Source: Acanthaster planci (lineage: Eukaryota). Taken from it: DNA of 64,000 nt. The notes beneath the pieces are model-generated. The model did not search any database. It was not told where the DNA came from and worked only from the letters and a program-made list of their open reading frames with translations. Numbering within the stretch: position 1 is the first letter of the stretch; every line of letters begins with the position of its first letter. This document shows positions 12,785 to 25,800 of this stretch, in pieces. The translations under genes were made by a program, and so were the position numbers. The DNA is taken from positions 1,733,599 to 1,797,598 of the forward strand of contig NW_019091360.1 of assembly GCF_001949145.1 (NCBI RefSeq), in the 5' to 3' direction.

Positions 12785-13755
12785 TTATGGAAGAAATCTC
12801 TGTTCACTGTAATAACATCCACCTGACTTCTTTGTTTTCATGATTGAAGAAAATTTGTGCCAACAATGCACCTGATTTGTCATAATTGAAGGCTTTTAGG
12901 GAAAAAAAACCAACTATGCACGTGAGTTTTGTTTTTTCAATTTTTCCGCGACTTGAGGATTACGGGAAGACTTAACTACTGTATGCACATAATTTTCATT
13001 TCAATTTCGTAAATGTAGCACTCCAGAAATGACAGTTCTTAACTAGGCATCCAAGTTTTGTTCTCTTTACATGATGGAAGTATTCCAGGAAGGTATCTGT
13101 GCTAACAATGCACCTGATTTGTATCATTTGTCACAATTGAAGGATTTCAGGAAAACACCTTCTGCGCATATGAGTTTTGAGCCATTTTGTTCACAATTTG
13201 AGGATTCCAGCAGGACACTTGTTCGGTATGCACCTGAGTTTTGTTTTGATTATAGGATTCTGGAAAGAAATGCACCCAAGTTTCGGTTTCCTTTGTCAAG
13301 ATTGAAGGATTGTGCTAATAACAAACCTGAGTGATGTACTATTTGTCACGAGTATAGGATTTTTGGAAGGCACTTGTTTTTACTACATGATTTTTTTTTG
13401 TGTGTGACTCATGAAGGATTTCGGGAAAACAGTTTTGTTTCATTATTCATGGATGCGGGGTTCCAGGAAGACATCCTGAAGGGCCATGATGGAAGAGATT
13501 TTGTTTCGCTTGCTTTAGTCATGAACCAGAGATAACAATTCACCAGGGTTTCAAGTTATCAGTCATGAATGAAGGATAGCGGGAAGACACCCCAAAGGGC
13601 CTGAAGGACTATGATGGAAGAGATTTTTGGTTTCACCTGCTTTGTTAATGTACCAGAGTTATACCTAACAATGTACCAGAGTTTCATTGTATTTGTCATG
13701 AATGAAGGATTCTGAGAAGACACCCTGAAGGGCTTTAATTAATGGAAGACTTTTG
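12785..13755. repeat. Old degenerate minisatellite array (~60-bp units, later ~125-130-bp units)
   Basis: Recurring blocks ttgtca...tgaaggatt..gga, aacaatgcacctga and atggaagagatttt, repeated many times with divergence. Confidence 0.7.
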
Positions 13756-14547
13756 AATTTTGCATTAATACTGCAAATACATGTGCACATGTAGTCTAAT
13801 TGGCCAAAGAACATCCTTATTCCCCCCAAGTTACTTCTTTGTAACCTTTGTACATAATTTGCATACAACATTTACAATAGGTAATATCACTCTAATATTC
13901 TGCTACTGTGATTCTCGTATCCATGTACACGTGTGTACAGTACTCCTTGCTGTTTATCAGTCTCCCCAATGGGTAAGAGTACTCAAGCGTTTGCTCTAAT
14001 ACCAGTCTTTGCTGTATCTTACACCCATATTTGATACCTATATTTTCCCTTCTATGTGCTTTGTATGCTAAATTATTTAAATTATCACAGAGAGAACTTG
14101 CATTGATTGCAGGTAGACTACTTAAGCTTTACGAGCAGCAATGAATACATCTTTCGATTCCTGCAACCCCGATTGCAGACCACTATAATGGCTTTATTTA
14201 CGGTCATGCTGAATTACTGGTCACAGTTTAATAAATAGTTTTTCATATGTGGGTAACAGTTGCATTACATTTTAACAATTAGTTAATCGGAGAGCGTTTA
14301 CCAGTCACAGAAAATAAAGGTAAAAAAAAAATTAAATAAACAAATAAAGTCAACAATGTTGCCATTGCTACCGTTAGTCTAAAAGCGTTGACTTGCATAC
14401 ATTTAGTTGAAGCATATATGTACATTTCCACTTTTCCAATATCATTGGGGGGGGGGAATTGTACAGGCAGTCAACACAGCAGAGGACTTGATAGGTAAAT
14501 CAATTGTTAAAATTGTATTAGTGAAGTTTTGTGTTTTGTCACTTTAA

Positions 14548-14763
14548 CCCTAACTCCCCAGAGTGATTTACTAGGAACCATACCCATTCACACAAATTCC
14601 AACACCATATGGTAAACTGTGCACAAAAACTGTTGGACTCTGTTTATTTTGGGTACGCCTGAACCCATGTTAAAGCACAAGTAGTTTAGGGGTACAGTAC
14701 CCAGTGCCACAAATTCACACACCTTACTGGTGTTTAATTCTGTGTGGTAAGGGAAGGCTAGGG
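14548..14763. mobile_element. piggyBac-like MITE (216 bp)
   Basis: TTAA|CCCTAACTCCCC ... GGGAAGGCTAGGG|TTAA: CCCT termini and a TTAA target duplication. Confidence 0.65.
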
Positions 14764-16051
14764 TTAATGTAATGGCTTTAACGGAAAGAATTAATTGTGA
14801 GTGTAGCAATTATCTCAATTACGGTGTCCTGTTGGTGTTCTATGCAGAAATATCAGTATTAAGATTAAATTTACTGTACTTGTATTTCTTTATGTTGCCT
14901 AATAAACAGTTCCTCTGCCAGTGTTCAAATATGTGGCAGCTTCTGATTGTATAGAAAATTTGTTCGGGTTAATTCATTGAAATAGTCTCTAATGCTTTGC
15001 TCCAGCAACTTATTGCATTTCCTTAATATAATTTCATGTTTAATCAATGCAATACTGAATTTTTTGTAAATTTCAGAATACTGAAGTCAATCGTACTGCA
15101 TACAAGTATTGTTTGCTACTTCAATTTTAGCTAATGCAAATTGCTGGAATTTTGTATTGATGATGATTATTTGGCCTTACTTGGTCGTAGGATCACTCTG
15201 TACATATTTTTTTTTACATGAAGTATATAATTTACTTGTTAGTGATGCATATTATTTCAATACTTGTTCAAAATAGCTCAAGATCGTACAGCCAATTTGT
15301 TCAGAATTTACACAGACTTTGCTTTTCACCCTTGTGCAAGCCAAACAATGCATGTATCATTGTTTGTAGGTATTGTTTGGCATGCACAAGGGTTTATCCA
15401 CTACGAACACAGGGCGAGGGTTCCCCTTGTTTTCTCCGAATGACGCAATCTACATTCAGAATTCGCATCTTGGCATTAAACAGAAAAAAACCCTTTTGGG
15501 CTTGTTATAGTTGAGCTCTGAAGACAAATGACACTGCGTGCAATTTGGATGCTTCCATATTAATTTCAACAGTGAGAGAAAATATGTTTTCCTTAGAGGT
15601 ACTCTTTAAGGTTTCATCAATTCTGTATTGAACTTTTATTGTGCCTACACGTATTTACAAGCAGAAGGTTGAAGCACTCAGCGGCATTGTGAAACCCCCT
15701 CTTCCAAATTGTATTTAAAACCTAGAATCAATTTCTTATTTGCTGTGTTGTTCCATGCAATGTTTATTCAAAAAAATCAAACTGTTTTTCATGAGGATGG
15801 GCGAAGCGACGGAGCATGAAAATGAGATTTTAGTGTAATGCTTATAGGAAATGCTTTGTAAAGTGAAGATCCATTACCTAATTGACTGTGGACTCACTCG
15901 TTTTCACTGTCTACTCATTCCCAGGGTATTTCTGGTAAAACACTTTTGTGGGTTCATACAATGAAACTGAGTGATGCTTCATGAATCATGCAACCAAATG
16001 ATTGACAATTTTCAAATTGACTTCAGTCAGAAACAGAATGAGAAAACTTAC

Positions 16052-16137
16052 CTTTTCAACAAATCCGAGAGCTCTTGTTCCAGATGAACAGGGCAGCACT
16101 TCTCCAAGCATCCATGTCGGCAGCTGTTCTCGTTAAC
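16052..16137 (-). ncRNA. Paralogous exon copy A (86 nt)
   Basis: ttcttcttcag|GTTAAC...GAAAAG|gtaagt; alignable to 7205-7294 and 236-321. Confidence 0.65.
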
Positions 16138-17269
16138 CTGAAGAAGAACCAGGAGAACATTCAATGCAATTTATCCACTTTGTGAGTGCAGGCAAGAAAT
16201 ATGCTCTCCTCCAAAAACAAACAGTTTGAGGAGAGAGTGAAGGCAATGGGGAAAAATGGTTGACTTTAAAGGCCACTGAATTCAAACTCAATCAGCCAAG
16301 ACACTAATTTTCCACTTTCTTTTTCTGACAGTGAAATCTCATTACGTAACCTTTTTCTTGACAATCCCACAGCGTTGTCCAAGGAACTGATGTGATATTT
16401 AAGGGTCAGATGTGACTTTCAATAGAAAGTGACGACAAATTTGGTGTACATGTACCTCTAACACTTACAGATTTTCATCGATGTTGAAGTAATGCTGTAA
16501 TTGGAGTCAATTTGTCCCTATTCCCTACAGTGACTTATTAGCCACCAGGAAGCAAAAAAAGTTCAGAAAAGTTCAATTTAGGAAGGAAAATACAAAGACG
16601 GTTACTTAGAAAAAAACGTTTTCAGATCAGTCTGATAGGGTTTGTGCACGGAGTGTAACAGTGGCATCCATATATGGGACTCTTTCCTGGTTATAATTCT
16701 AAACCAATTAACATCAGGGGCCTGCCAAAGAAAATCTCTAAAGAATTATAACTGAACCAGTTCTTGGTTATGACCATCAAAATGCATCTCAGTAGGTGGA
16801 ATAATTGCAGAATACCCTGCCACTCTAAACAACGACCCCTAGAAGACTGGTTACGTGGGTACAAGGGGAAAATCCATTGAGGTTGATCATGCGGGGTGGC
16901 TGAGTATTCTGCAATTGAGGGCAGCAGGTTTTCATTTGGTCGGAACAATGATATCACATACCTAGGCCTATTCAATGACGTGACTTTGCAAGACCTCAAG
17001 TCAGTGTGAGGACCATGTTCGTCCACAGACTTATTGCAACAGAAACTCCGCATGCCCGTATTTGAATGGGAGGAGGCGGCGAAAAGCTTAACTAGTGCTG
17101 GGCATGTGTCGAGCAAAAACGGTTGGATTTTGACAGATTTTGAAGTCAGAAATATTATTGAAGCCCAAACCGTTTGACGTTGGCATTTACGGAAGCCAGG
17201 AGGTGGTGATAGAGGTATTTCTGGTGAGTCTTTGGCATTTTTGAGAACCGTTTTCACCTTACTAAATGT

Positions 17270-18400
17270 ACGGGCATGGAGCGTTAGTACGACCGATCCC
17301 GTCCAAAAATCGAAAAAGAGGAATACTAACGCTCCACTCAGTAGCGGTAGAGCTAAAGGTACCTATGTTTTAACACACAATTTTATCATTCATCCAATGG
17401 GAGCCTGCAATCAGTGTCCGCGTGTTTGACGAAGTCACTTACGAAACGGATAGCCAAAGTAACGAAAACGCCCGACCAAACTCCAACAAGGCAGAAACAT
17501 GTTTCTGGTCTACCGGTACGTCACGGCAGCTGGTCTATCTGCATGGTTAACGTCGCCAAAACACGTCCCAGCTGCACAAGGGCAGCACGAAGCCCTCGTC
17601 AAAATAGTCGATCCAGTCACTACACTAATGTATCAAGAATGAGAAGACGTAAACAAAGAGTATTTCTGGGGTCATTAACAGGGTAAAAACAGCATTTTGG
17701 TACTGAGAAACTTACCGTGTGAGAAGGATCCTCGTGTGGCGTCCGCTTTTTAAATTTGCGCGTGCGCTGAGTGAATGTGACCACTATTAGTGCAAAGGAT
17801 TCTAAATAATGCTGAGACGTCCAGGTACATGACGGTTTCCTCCTGCAGGAAAAGAGTCGCAAATGGCGATCTGAGGGCCCAGCCGCCTTTGCCCAATTCG
17901 GCAGACGTACACAGGAAAGAAATGCACAGGGGCCTACAATAACATCGCCAAAAAAAATTAAAATAAAATAAATAAATATTAAAGACCAATTTTAATATTT
18001 GAAAATTGAGCAAAGATAGGGACTCGAACGTAATTAGTGCAAGGGCGGATGGGGTAGTATTTTTCTACTTCCGTAGTGAAACAGAGGCCGCTGACCCTCG
18101 TAACTCCTCCCCCTCCTTTTTTCATTTTGATAAAATGAAACGAGAAAAATTTTTGTCAATGTCGTTTCCCTTTCTTCAAGAAGCGTATGCAAAAGCCCTC
18201 AAATGTAGGCTCGACCCTCAGAAAGGCCATAAAGGGCATGAAAAGAAAATTCTACATTATTGTCCTCCACAAATTCCACCCCCATAATAATCAGTTTCTG
18301 AATCCGCCTTTATAATTTGGTTGAATACGAGTTCCTGTGGGCTTGTTTTGACGTCATTGCCCTGCCTTTCCGTAAAAAAAATACCAAAGAAAATTCGACA
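17270..18400. promoter_or_regulatory. CpG-rich promoter-like region of the second minus-strand transcription unit
   Basis: Visibly CpG-dense relative to its flanks. YY1-like CGCCATTT (17868-17861, minus), ETS-like ACTTCCG (about 18067), CRE TGACGTCA (about 18349), pyrimidine tract CTCTTTTCC (17856-17848, minus). Confidence 0.6.
17716..17856 (-). ncRNA. 5'-proximal exon of a spliced transcript with no long ORF (putative lncRNA or 5' UTR)
   Basis: Perfect donor ACG|gtaagt at 17715, inside the CpG-rich region. The only ATG gives a 26-codon ORF (MYLDVSALFRILCTNSGHIHSAHAQI*). The 5' boundary is uncertain (transcription start versus acceptor at 17842). Confidence 0.55.
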
Positions 18401-20198
18401 AAAACTGTTCAGGCTCAAAGAGAATGAATTACCGTGCCTTCAGTAGGCCTATGAACAATTAGCCTAAAAATGTGAAATTACATTAAGATATAGCTACCCC
18501 TTTACGCATTGTGGATTTGAAACACAGTGGCAAGTGTAGCCACACTGAACTTGAAAATGAAATACATTACAGCAAAAATAACTAAAATAAAAATTACTTC
18601 TTTGTATAATTGCCTCAAGACAGGAATAAAAACCTCTTCTCCCACACACACCCAAACATACAAACCTCTGGATCCTTGAGCAGCTGTCCTGGAAAATAAA
18701 TGCCGTATTACTGCTTTTAAATTGCAGTCACGAGGACCTTTGTCATCCTTCCACTTCATCAACTGACGTACCTTTCCTAACTTCAGGTTATAAACGAAAA
18801 GATTGTGAATTATAGGCGAAGGTCTGCTTGAAATAAATTAACTGGCCTAGCTTGATTGCTAGTAATGATATCTTTGAGAAAAAAACGTATTCAGTAAAAA
18901 TCAACAAAAATCATAACAACCTAGTGAATAAGTGACCTGACCAGTGTAAGCAAAAAACCAAGCAAGAAAGTATGCTAGCATGCAGGCAAACTTCCACACA
19001 AGTAAACAAGCACACTAAACCAAAGAGTGAACAAAACAATTGTCGACACAAAACATTCTGTTTCATTCAAATCAAATTCATAGTTACTTCTGAATTTCCT
19101 GGATATCAATTCCTGAAATTAAAAGAACAACAACACAGTTGATGTTCTTATCAATGCAATTAGCTTCAGCATTTCCTCTTTTGATAAAAGCAATGGATAA
19201 GAAAAAGGCCTTTCATTAGGCACTCCCAAGGTGAGTGGTCTCTGTTCCGAGTTGATGTTCAACATTTCATTCAAATGTTTCTTATCCTTTATGTTCTTCT
19301 TGGCTTCCTCGTGGAAAAGGTCAATTTGCATAAAAAATATGCAAACTTGTGGGGGTTGTCACATGGCATGTTATGACATCATCATCACCTGAGATACAGG
19401 AAGGATCTTTTTAGATGATGGTTCAAGCACCTGAGAATTTTAAACGAAATTGGATATAACCAAATAAAAAAGCCATTTCAGAAGATGTACCGAAAATAAA
19501 TCATGAAGTATTTTTAACAACCCTTCAGCTTCCACTCAAACACTTTCTCCGCAAGAGATATTTTCAGTGAAAGAGATACCCCTCGGTTTTTATATATACT
19601 CATGCAATTTTTATAACAATTTCTCTGAAATCTCAATATAGCTCTTCAGTGACACACTTTGTGGACTGCTTTAAAATAACCAATGAAGTCTTGGTGTGAG
19701 GGTTTTCCTGACTACGATAGAATTTGATATTCAACTTCTTTTTAACATTAAGGAATTCAATACCTTACCAGAACAATATCTGGAAGCCCGGAAGCCAGCA
19801 GCCAATTGCAAAGAAGCCCTAACCACATTTCTGTCCAAAACCAAATGACTGCATCAAGTGAAAGATGCCATGATTGCAAACCAACAATTTTATGTGGAGT
19901 GCCAAAGCAGAGCCTTAAACGGGTATGAGTGGCCACTTATAATTGAAGCTGAAAACAGCTAACATAAAGCTAACAAGTAAAAAGTCCCCTTACTTTTGTA
20001 AAGACCAGCCGCACAATAAAGCTGGAGTCAGGGTCAACATCTTAACAAAAAAGCTGAAATCAGCTAAACAGCTGAATTCTCAAACCCCTGCCTTAAATAA
20101 ATATGCATGCAGCAAACACAAACATCATGAAGAAAAAAAAGACACAAATAAAAAAAAAAGATCAATTTGTCAAGACTTGTCATTTTGAATGTTGCATA

Positions 20199-20204
20199 TT
20201 TATT
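20199..20204 (-). terminator. Candidate polyadenylation signal AATAAA
   Basis: TTTATT on the + strand, with a downstream (minus-sense) U/GU-rich element ttttttttatttgtgtcttttt. A second candidate signal lies at 21521-21526. Confidence 0.45.
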
Positions 20205-22585
20205 TATACAACAAAGGCACATTTAATAAAAAATATGACGCGTGAAATGACCACACTGCTAGTCTTGGTTGGTTAATTTGGTACAAGCTAGGCTATAACT
20301 TGAGTAGCCTGGAAAAAAACCCACTACAGACAGCATCTACAAGAAATAAAAATGGAAAACACTGCAATTACACTAACAATTTTACTTTGGCCTCTAAACT
20401 ATGCTTCATTTGCATAATCTCATTCATGCCAGCCTGAGCTTTTCCCTGTCCAGAAAAACGTCACAGTTTATACATCATCAAAAATATAAAAAGGAGTGGG
20501 TTGGTGCCTCCGTTGACGACCCGCTTCATGCCACTTTGAAAAGTTCCAAACAGGGAACAAGACCAAGATAAGCTCTATACACTACCAGTGGTGTACATTT
20601 TATAGGGCTGCACCTCCTAACTGAGCAGCATATGATAGACATGATTGGCAAAGATTAACTACATGTGTTCACGCTAACAATAGGTGTTGTGAAACCTTTC
20701 TCTAAAATTACTTCCATCAGATAACATCTTCCTGAATTATTTACGCTGTCGAGAAAAAGGGACCAAAATATTGATGATTCAAAATTTGATTTGGGGGATC
20801 TGCGATGAGTTGGTGTGACGGCAGCTGCTCTTGTGGGGGAAAAAGTTGAACGAACACACTTAAACTAAACAAACTAAAACATCATAGCAGAATAGCCAAT
20901 TACAAAAGTCAATGATGACACAATAGTTCACAAATACATCATCAACTGTGAGGCTTATGTCAGCCTGGTCTCCCGTGAGCCAGTTCAGTACATTTCGATA
21001 GCGCATGCCCACAATGAACTGCGTCTGAGGTCACCCAAGAACATCAGCACATGCGCACAAAGTTTGCTCTATCCGTGCGGTTATTCGCCACCTTGTGCGC
21101 ATGCTTTAGGCAGGAATAACACAGCCGTTTTGAAGCACTTGTACCGGCTCCTCACTGACCCTTAAAACGTCAAGAGGTCAAACAATTCAACAGTGCAGCA
21201 GAGATGGGCTTTAAGACACACAACTCTGATCAGATGATCTTGTTTATTTCCCATATAATCATGCCAATCACAAAACTGACATCCCACTTGCATACAAGCT
21301 GAGAGAATCCCTGAAGATGACACCACACCGTTTAACGTTTGGAAAAAAACCAGACACTTCAAATGACATAAAGCGAATCACTGGCTCTTTCGGAGGCTCC
21401 TGATAGTTGACGTCAAGCAAAAGATTCAAGCTTCAAACTTTTTTTTTTAACAGTTCTTGCAGCTACTTTTTCCATTTTTATCAAAAAATATTAGGTATCT
21501 ATCATCATCAATGCCTGCATTTTATTTTCAAATTTCAATTTAAATATATACACAAATCTTTGTCTTCATTTTAAAACATTTAATGTACCTGTGGCTTGTC
21601 CAATCAGCAATGAACATACATGACATGCAATTCATGAATAGGTCAAATTAATCATAAAAATATTTCCACTCTTTCTGGATTTTTCATCAGACTTTTTTAA
21701 ATACAAAAAAGCAGCTTTCAGAGAGCTAATGCCCGCTTTTTTCTTTGAGGAAAATTAAAACATTTATACAAGTATATATATCTTTCACAGGCTTTCAAAG
21801 TTTCTGTAAGATATTTACAATAATTCATATGTACAAATTTAAGAGTGGTACCTACTAAATATTAGCAAGATCTATACCATTGAGTAGTGAGACATGGGTA
21901 CAATTAAAGGAAGCATTTCTTTAAAAAGAAATATAAGACAATACATGTTTTGGCAGAGTGTTAGTTAAAATTCAATTTTTATACAATTTATCAGAACTTT
22001 CCGATTAGCCTAATAACATTTAAGGAAGTTGGGAATAACACAAATGTTAAATACATGTACCAAGATCTACAAAAAGTAATATAAAATCTTCCGTAGCCAT
22101 GGGATCAGATGCTGTTGAAATCCTTGGACCAACTGCCTTCTTTTGGACAAAGTTGTGTTTTGCACCAACCAATAAAAAAGGTACCCCAAATGTGTCTTGA
22201 ATGACTGGCTAGACAACTGCTTTATGTTGACGGAATCCAACCATCATCTGCACAAAAGATTCTGGTTGCAATGAAATTCAACTTTTTCTCAGATGGAGCG
22301 ACGTAATTTGGCTGTCATTTTTTTTTCCTTTTTGCTTTACATTAGTTGGGGGTCAGCTTTCACAACTGCACAATGCATAACAGCGAGTAGTGTCGACGCA
22401 GCCTCCAGAAGAATTACAAAAAAAAAGGAGTTTAACTCGCAATTGTTAAAAACACAGCTGCTTTTTCCTGAAACAGAGAATTCAACTGTTTCTTTCCCAA
22501 GTAGAAGTCAAGTTTTTCAACTACTTAGGACACTTTCCAACTATCAACAACACTTACTTTCACAACTTGTTATCTGGTGAGGTCT

Positions 22586-22811
22586 CAAGGGCAGATCCAG
22601 GACAAAATTTTTCCAGGAGGGCCTATTTTTTTGGAGGGGGGAGGGGACGATCTACAATATGCTCAATGTTTCATAAGGGGTGAGGCTACATTTTGGGGCT
22701 TTTGACCTGCTTTTGGAAGGGAAATGTGTGAGAACAGAGAAGTTGCCTTCCATTATCCCCACCCCCCAAAAAAAGAAATGACCCCACTGTGCCCACCCAG
22801 ATCCATCCTTG
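22586..22811. mobile_element. Degenerate non-autonomous DNA element with CA(A/G)GGGCGGATCC-type termini
   Basis: caagggcagatccag ... cagatccatccttg with internal G and C runs. A similar relic lies at 18040-18311 (caagggcggat ... aatccgccttt). No TSD seen. Confidence 0.5.
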
Positions 22812-25800
22812 TGTTGCCTCCTTTGTCTATTTCGGCAAATTCAGAATATAACATCAACAGGCCTATTTTAACTCCTTCACGAATTTCTTAAAGTGACTCA
22901 TTACAATCACTATTTATGAAAAAAAAGTCAAAAAATTGCTTACACGTTTCCACCAAAGAACAAGGAAGAACGATTAAAAATAACACAAACCAATAATTCT
23001 TATATCCTTTCTCCCAAAACTATAATTCTCGTAATTCTCTATAAAAACATCACAGCAGAGTTATTAGCTTCAGATCAGCAGCTCTGAATGTTAAAGGTAG
23101 GTCGGGTTGTTTGCTTATTTACAAATAATTCCTTAACTCCTGGTCCAGCTTTAAAAAAATAACAGGTTGGCAACAGTATTTCAGAGTAAATATGATGATT
23201 CTGACCCGAACAAAAATCAAACTTTAATATAATGCAGCAGAAATGCAGCTTAAAATGTTTTCAAAACAAGATAAAATTCCTTGCATTACACTAAAAAAAC
23301 ACCAGTAACACCGGGGAAAATGAAGAGAGACAGAAACCCACTGAAAAGCATGTTTGGGATTACCGACGCTGTACACACTGATTTTCAGATTGTGTTCAGA
23401 GGATAAAGTCTACAAGGTGGTTGTTCCGCGCTTGTGCTGATACTAATCCCCATCAAGAACTATTCCAATCACAAGCAGTGTTAAAGGTTGAGTCCATCAT
23501 TTGCCATGAGTGTGTTATGTTCGTTTGAGGCAACAAAAATGCTCAAATCTAATGTAAGGTGCTGAAAAACCAACCTGATGACATATCAGCTCAGTGAATG
23601 CTTTATATTCCAATAAAAACAACATTCGTTTCAAATCAAAAGTTGCCAGGTCACGTTTTGAATTGTGCCACAATTCAGCGTTCGGAACCGTTCTCGTTCG
23701 GCCAACTGCAGCATCAGGATTGTGCATACTGAGCTAATTAAAGAAACCGCATGTGTGTGCATGGTGTCAACACATGCCAATGCTTCATCAAATTAAGAAC
23801 AAACTACTAATGGCAATTTCCCAAAATGCGTCTTCAGACACATCGTTGGACATAACCTTCTTTCACTGTTTTCTTAAAAATGACAGCTTGCCAGAAGGAA
23901 TAATTTCCCACAGAGTTTAGTCCCATAACCACGTTTAAACCAAGTACGCTTTTCAACATTAATTGTCAGTTAATTTTTGGATAAATGCAAATGACAGACT
24001 GTACCTTTAGCAGCACATTGAATGAGGGCGTCTTATTCAACTCTCCGATTAAAATCATAACATTTTACTGTTTTGACAGTAAAAAGGGAGAAAAATAAAC
24101 TTATTAAAAAGCGCCCAATATGCTAACACTGATAAACTATAAGCAAGGGCCCTAGTGTTACACACGGTGTTAGAATAAAACTTTCTGTGTACTATTATAG
24201 CATGGTATAGCGTTGTATATAATCCCAATTTTCTGTACCCTTGAGGCACTTTGCAACAACCACAACATGGGAACAATTCGAACACAAATATAATCTCTCA
24301 TTTCTTGTTGTAAGGTTAGTAATTTCAATTCAATTTTATACATTAATTTACATATTAAAATATTTACATCATTTTTGGAATTAACAGTACCCTTTCATTT
24401 GATGATATATATCTTAAATTCGATTTCATACATTAAAACAAAAATACAGGAGCTTAAACTATTCAAAGTTGGGTAAGGATTTTTAGTTTTGAGGGAGTTG
24501 GTTCGAAAATTAAATTTCGCGCAGGTCATCTCTTATTCAAAGTAGCAATTTGAGGATGTCCTTAAATTTGATTGAAGCGCTGGTGGTTGTCCAAAGAATG
24601 AATGCACCTTTCCACCGACACATGTCAAGGACGCATTGTGTCCACATGGTTGAGTTTATAAGAAAGTTGGCTGACAATGTACAGAACTGAAACCTCTGCC
24701 CCCAAAGTGTACATATGGAAAAGTGGCATCTGCCAAATGGAAACAGTGTATGGCTATCTTGCTTGCAAAAAAGGGGTTTCAGTAGACAAGATTTAGCAAC
24801 GCAACAAAAGACGACAATGGTAATGCTCCTGATTTTCACATACTTCTGTTCCCTCCCTTTCCACCAATGGCTGACCAAAACTGTCAAAGAACAACTACGT
24901 CAACAAATCAATGCACTGTTTCCAAATGGTAACTGACCAGACAGAAACAATTAAACAGATGAAAAACAAAAGCAAAAAAGGGAAAAAGAAAAAAAATCAT
25001 CAGGCCAGCTTCTGAATAATAAAATGATACCTGAGCTTAAAAGCAAGGATGTGACTCTTCATTTTGAAGACATTCAAGAAACTGCAGGCCTGGTTTCAGC
25101 AGTTTGAAGTCTGGAAGCCCCTGAAATTTTGCAGCCTTCTTGCAAATTAAAAAACAAACATGACAAAACAATTACGAAGAAATAAGCCAAGCAATAAATG
25201 AATCTGTTGGGCAGGTAAGCAGGCCACACGTAAAGGAAAACATGCAAGAAATTGGCCTCATTCTCCACGGAGATGAAACGATAAATGAAGTTGATAGGTA
25301 TCACCGAAGCAACCAGATGCCCCCGTCGGAAATCCTGCTTTGCATTATCCGTCATCTGTACCAAACGGGTCTCTATTCTTGAGCATGTGAACAGTTCCCA
25401 TTCTGAGTTCTAACCATTCTGATTAGCCTCCCCCCCAAAAAAATCTTCTTGCAGTCTGTGTCATCAGTCTGAAGGCTTCAAACACAAAATCTAGAGGGCG
25501 CTTCGCAGTCTCCTCACATCACAAGAGCAAGAGCAGCACACTTTCCTTGAAGTGCACCTGCGCACGGTCTACTTTATAACACTAGTGAAATATTCACCAA
25601 TATGATCAGGTTGCTCACAGGCAAACCCTGTTTATCCAAATGACACTTTCCAAATCTGTAGTCGTGCACTAAGCCTCATGACTGGTCACCACTCCATTCT
25701 CTTCCTGCAAATTGAGGTCCGGAGTCCAGACATGTCCTCTCCTTGTACAACCCATGACTGCTGTCAGTTCAGAAAGCATTCAGCTGCATAGTGGAGTAAA

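Noticed and set aside
16056..16115. Selenoprotein reading (MDAWRSAALFIWNKSSRIC-UGA-K in copy A; UGA in copy C)
   Set aside because: The UGA positions are not homologous between copies, copy B lacks them, and no SECIS element was identified.
16691..17257. 188-aa minus-strand ORF
   Set aside because: Non-ATG start, no recognisable domain or good splice sites, intronic position; its length is compatible with chance.
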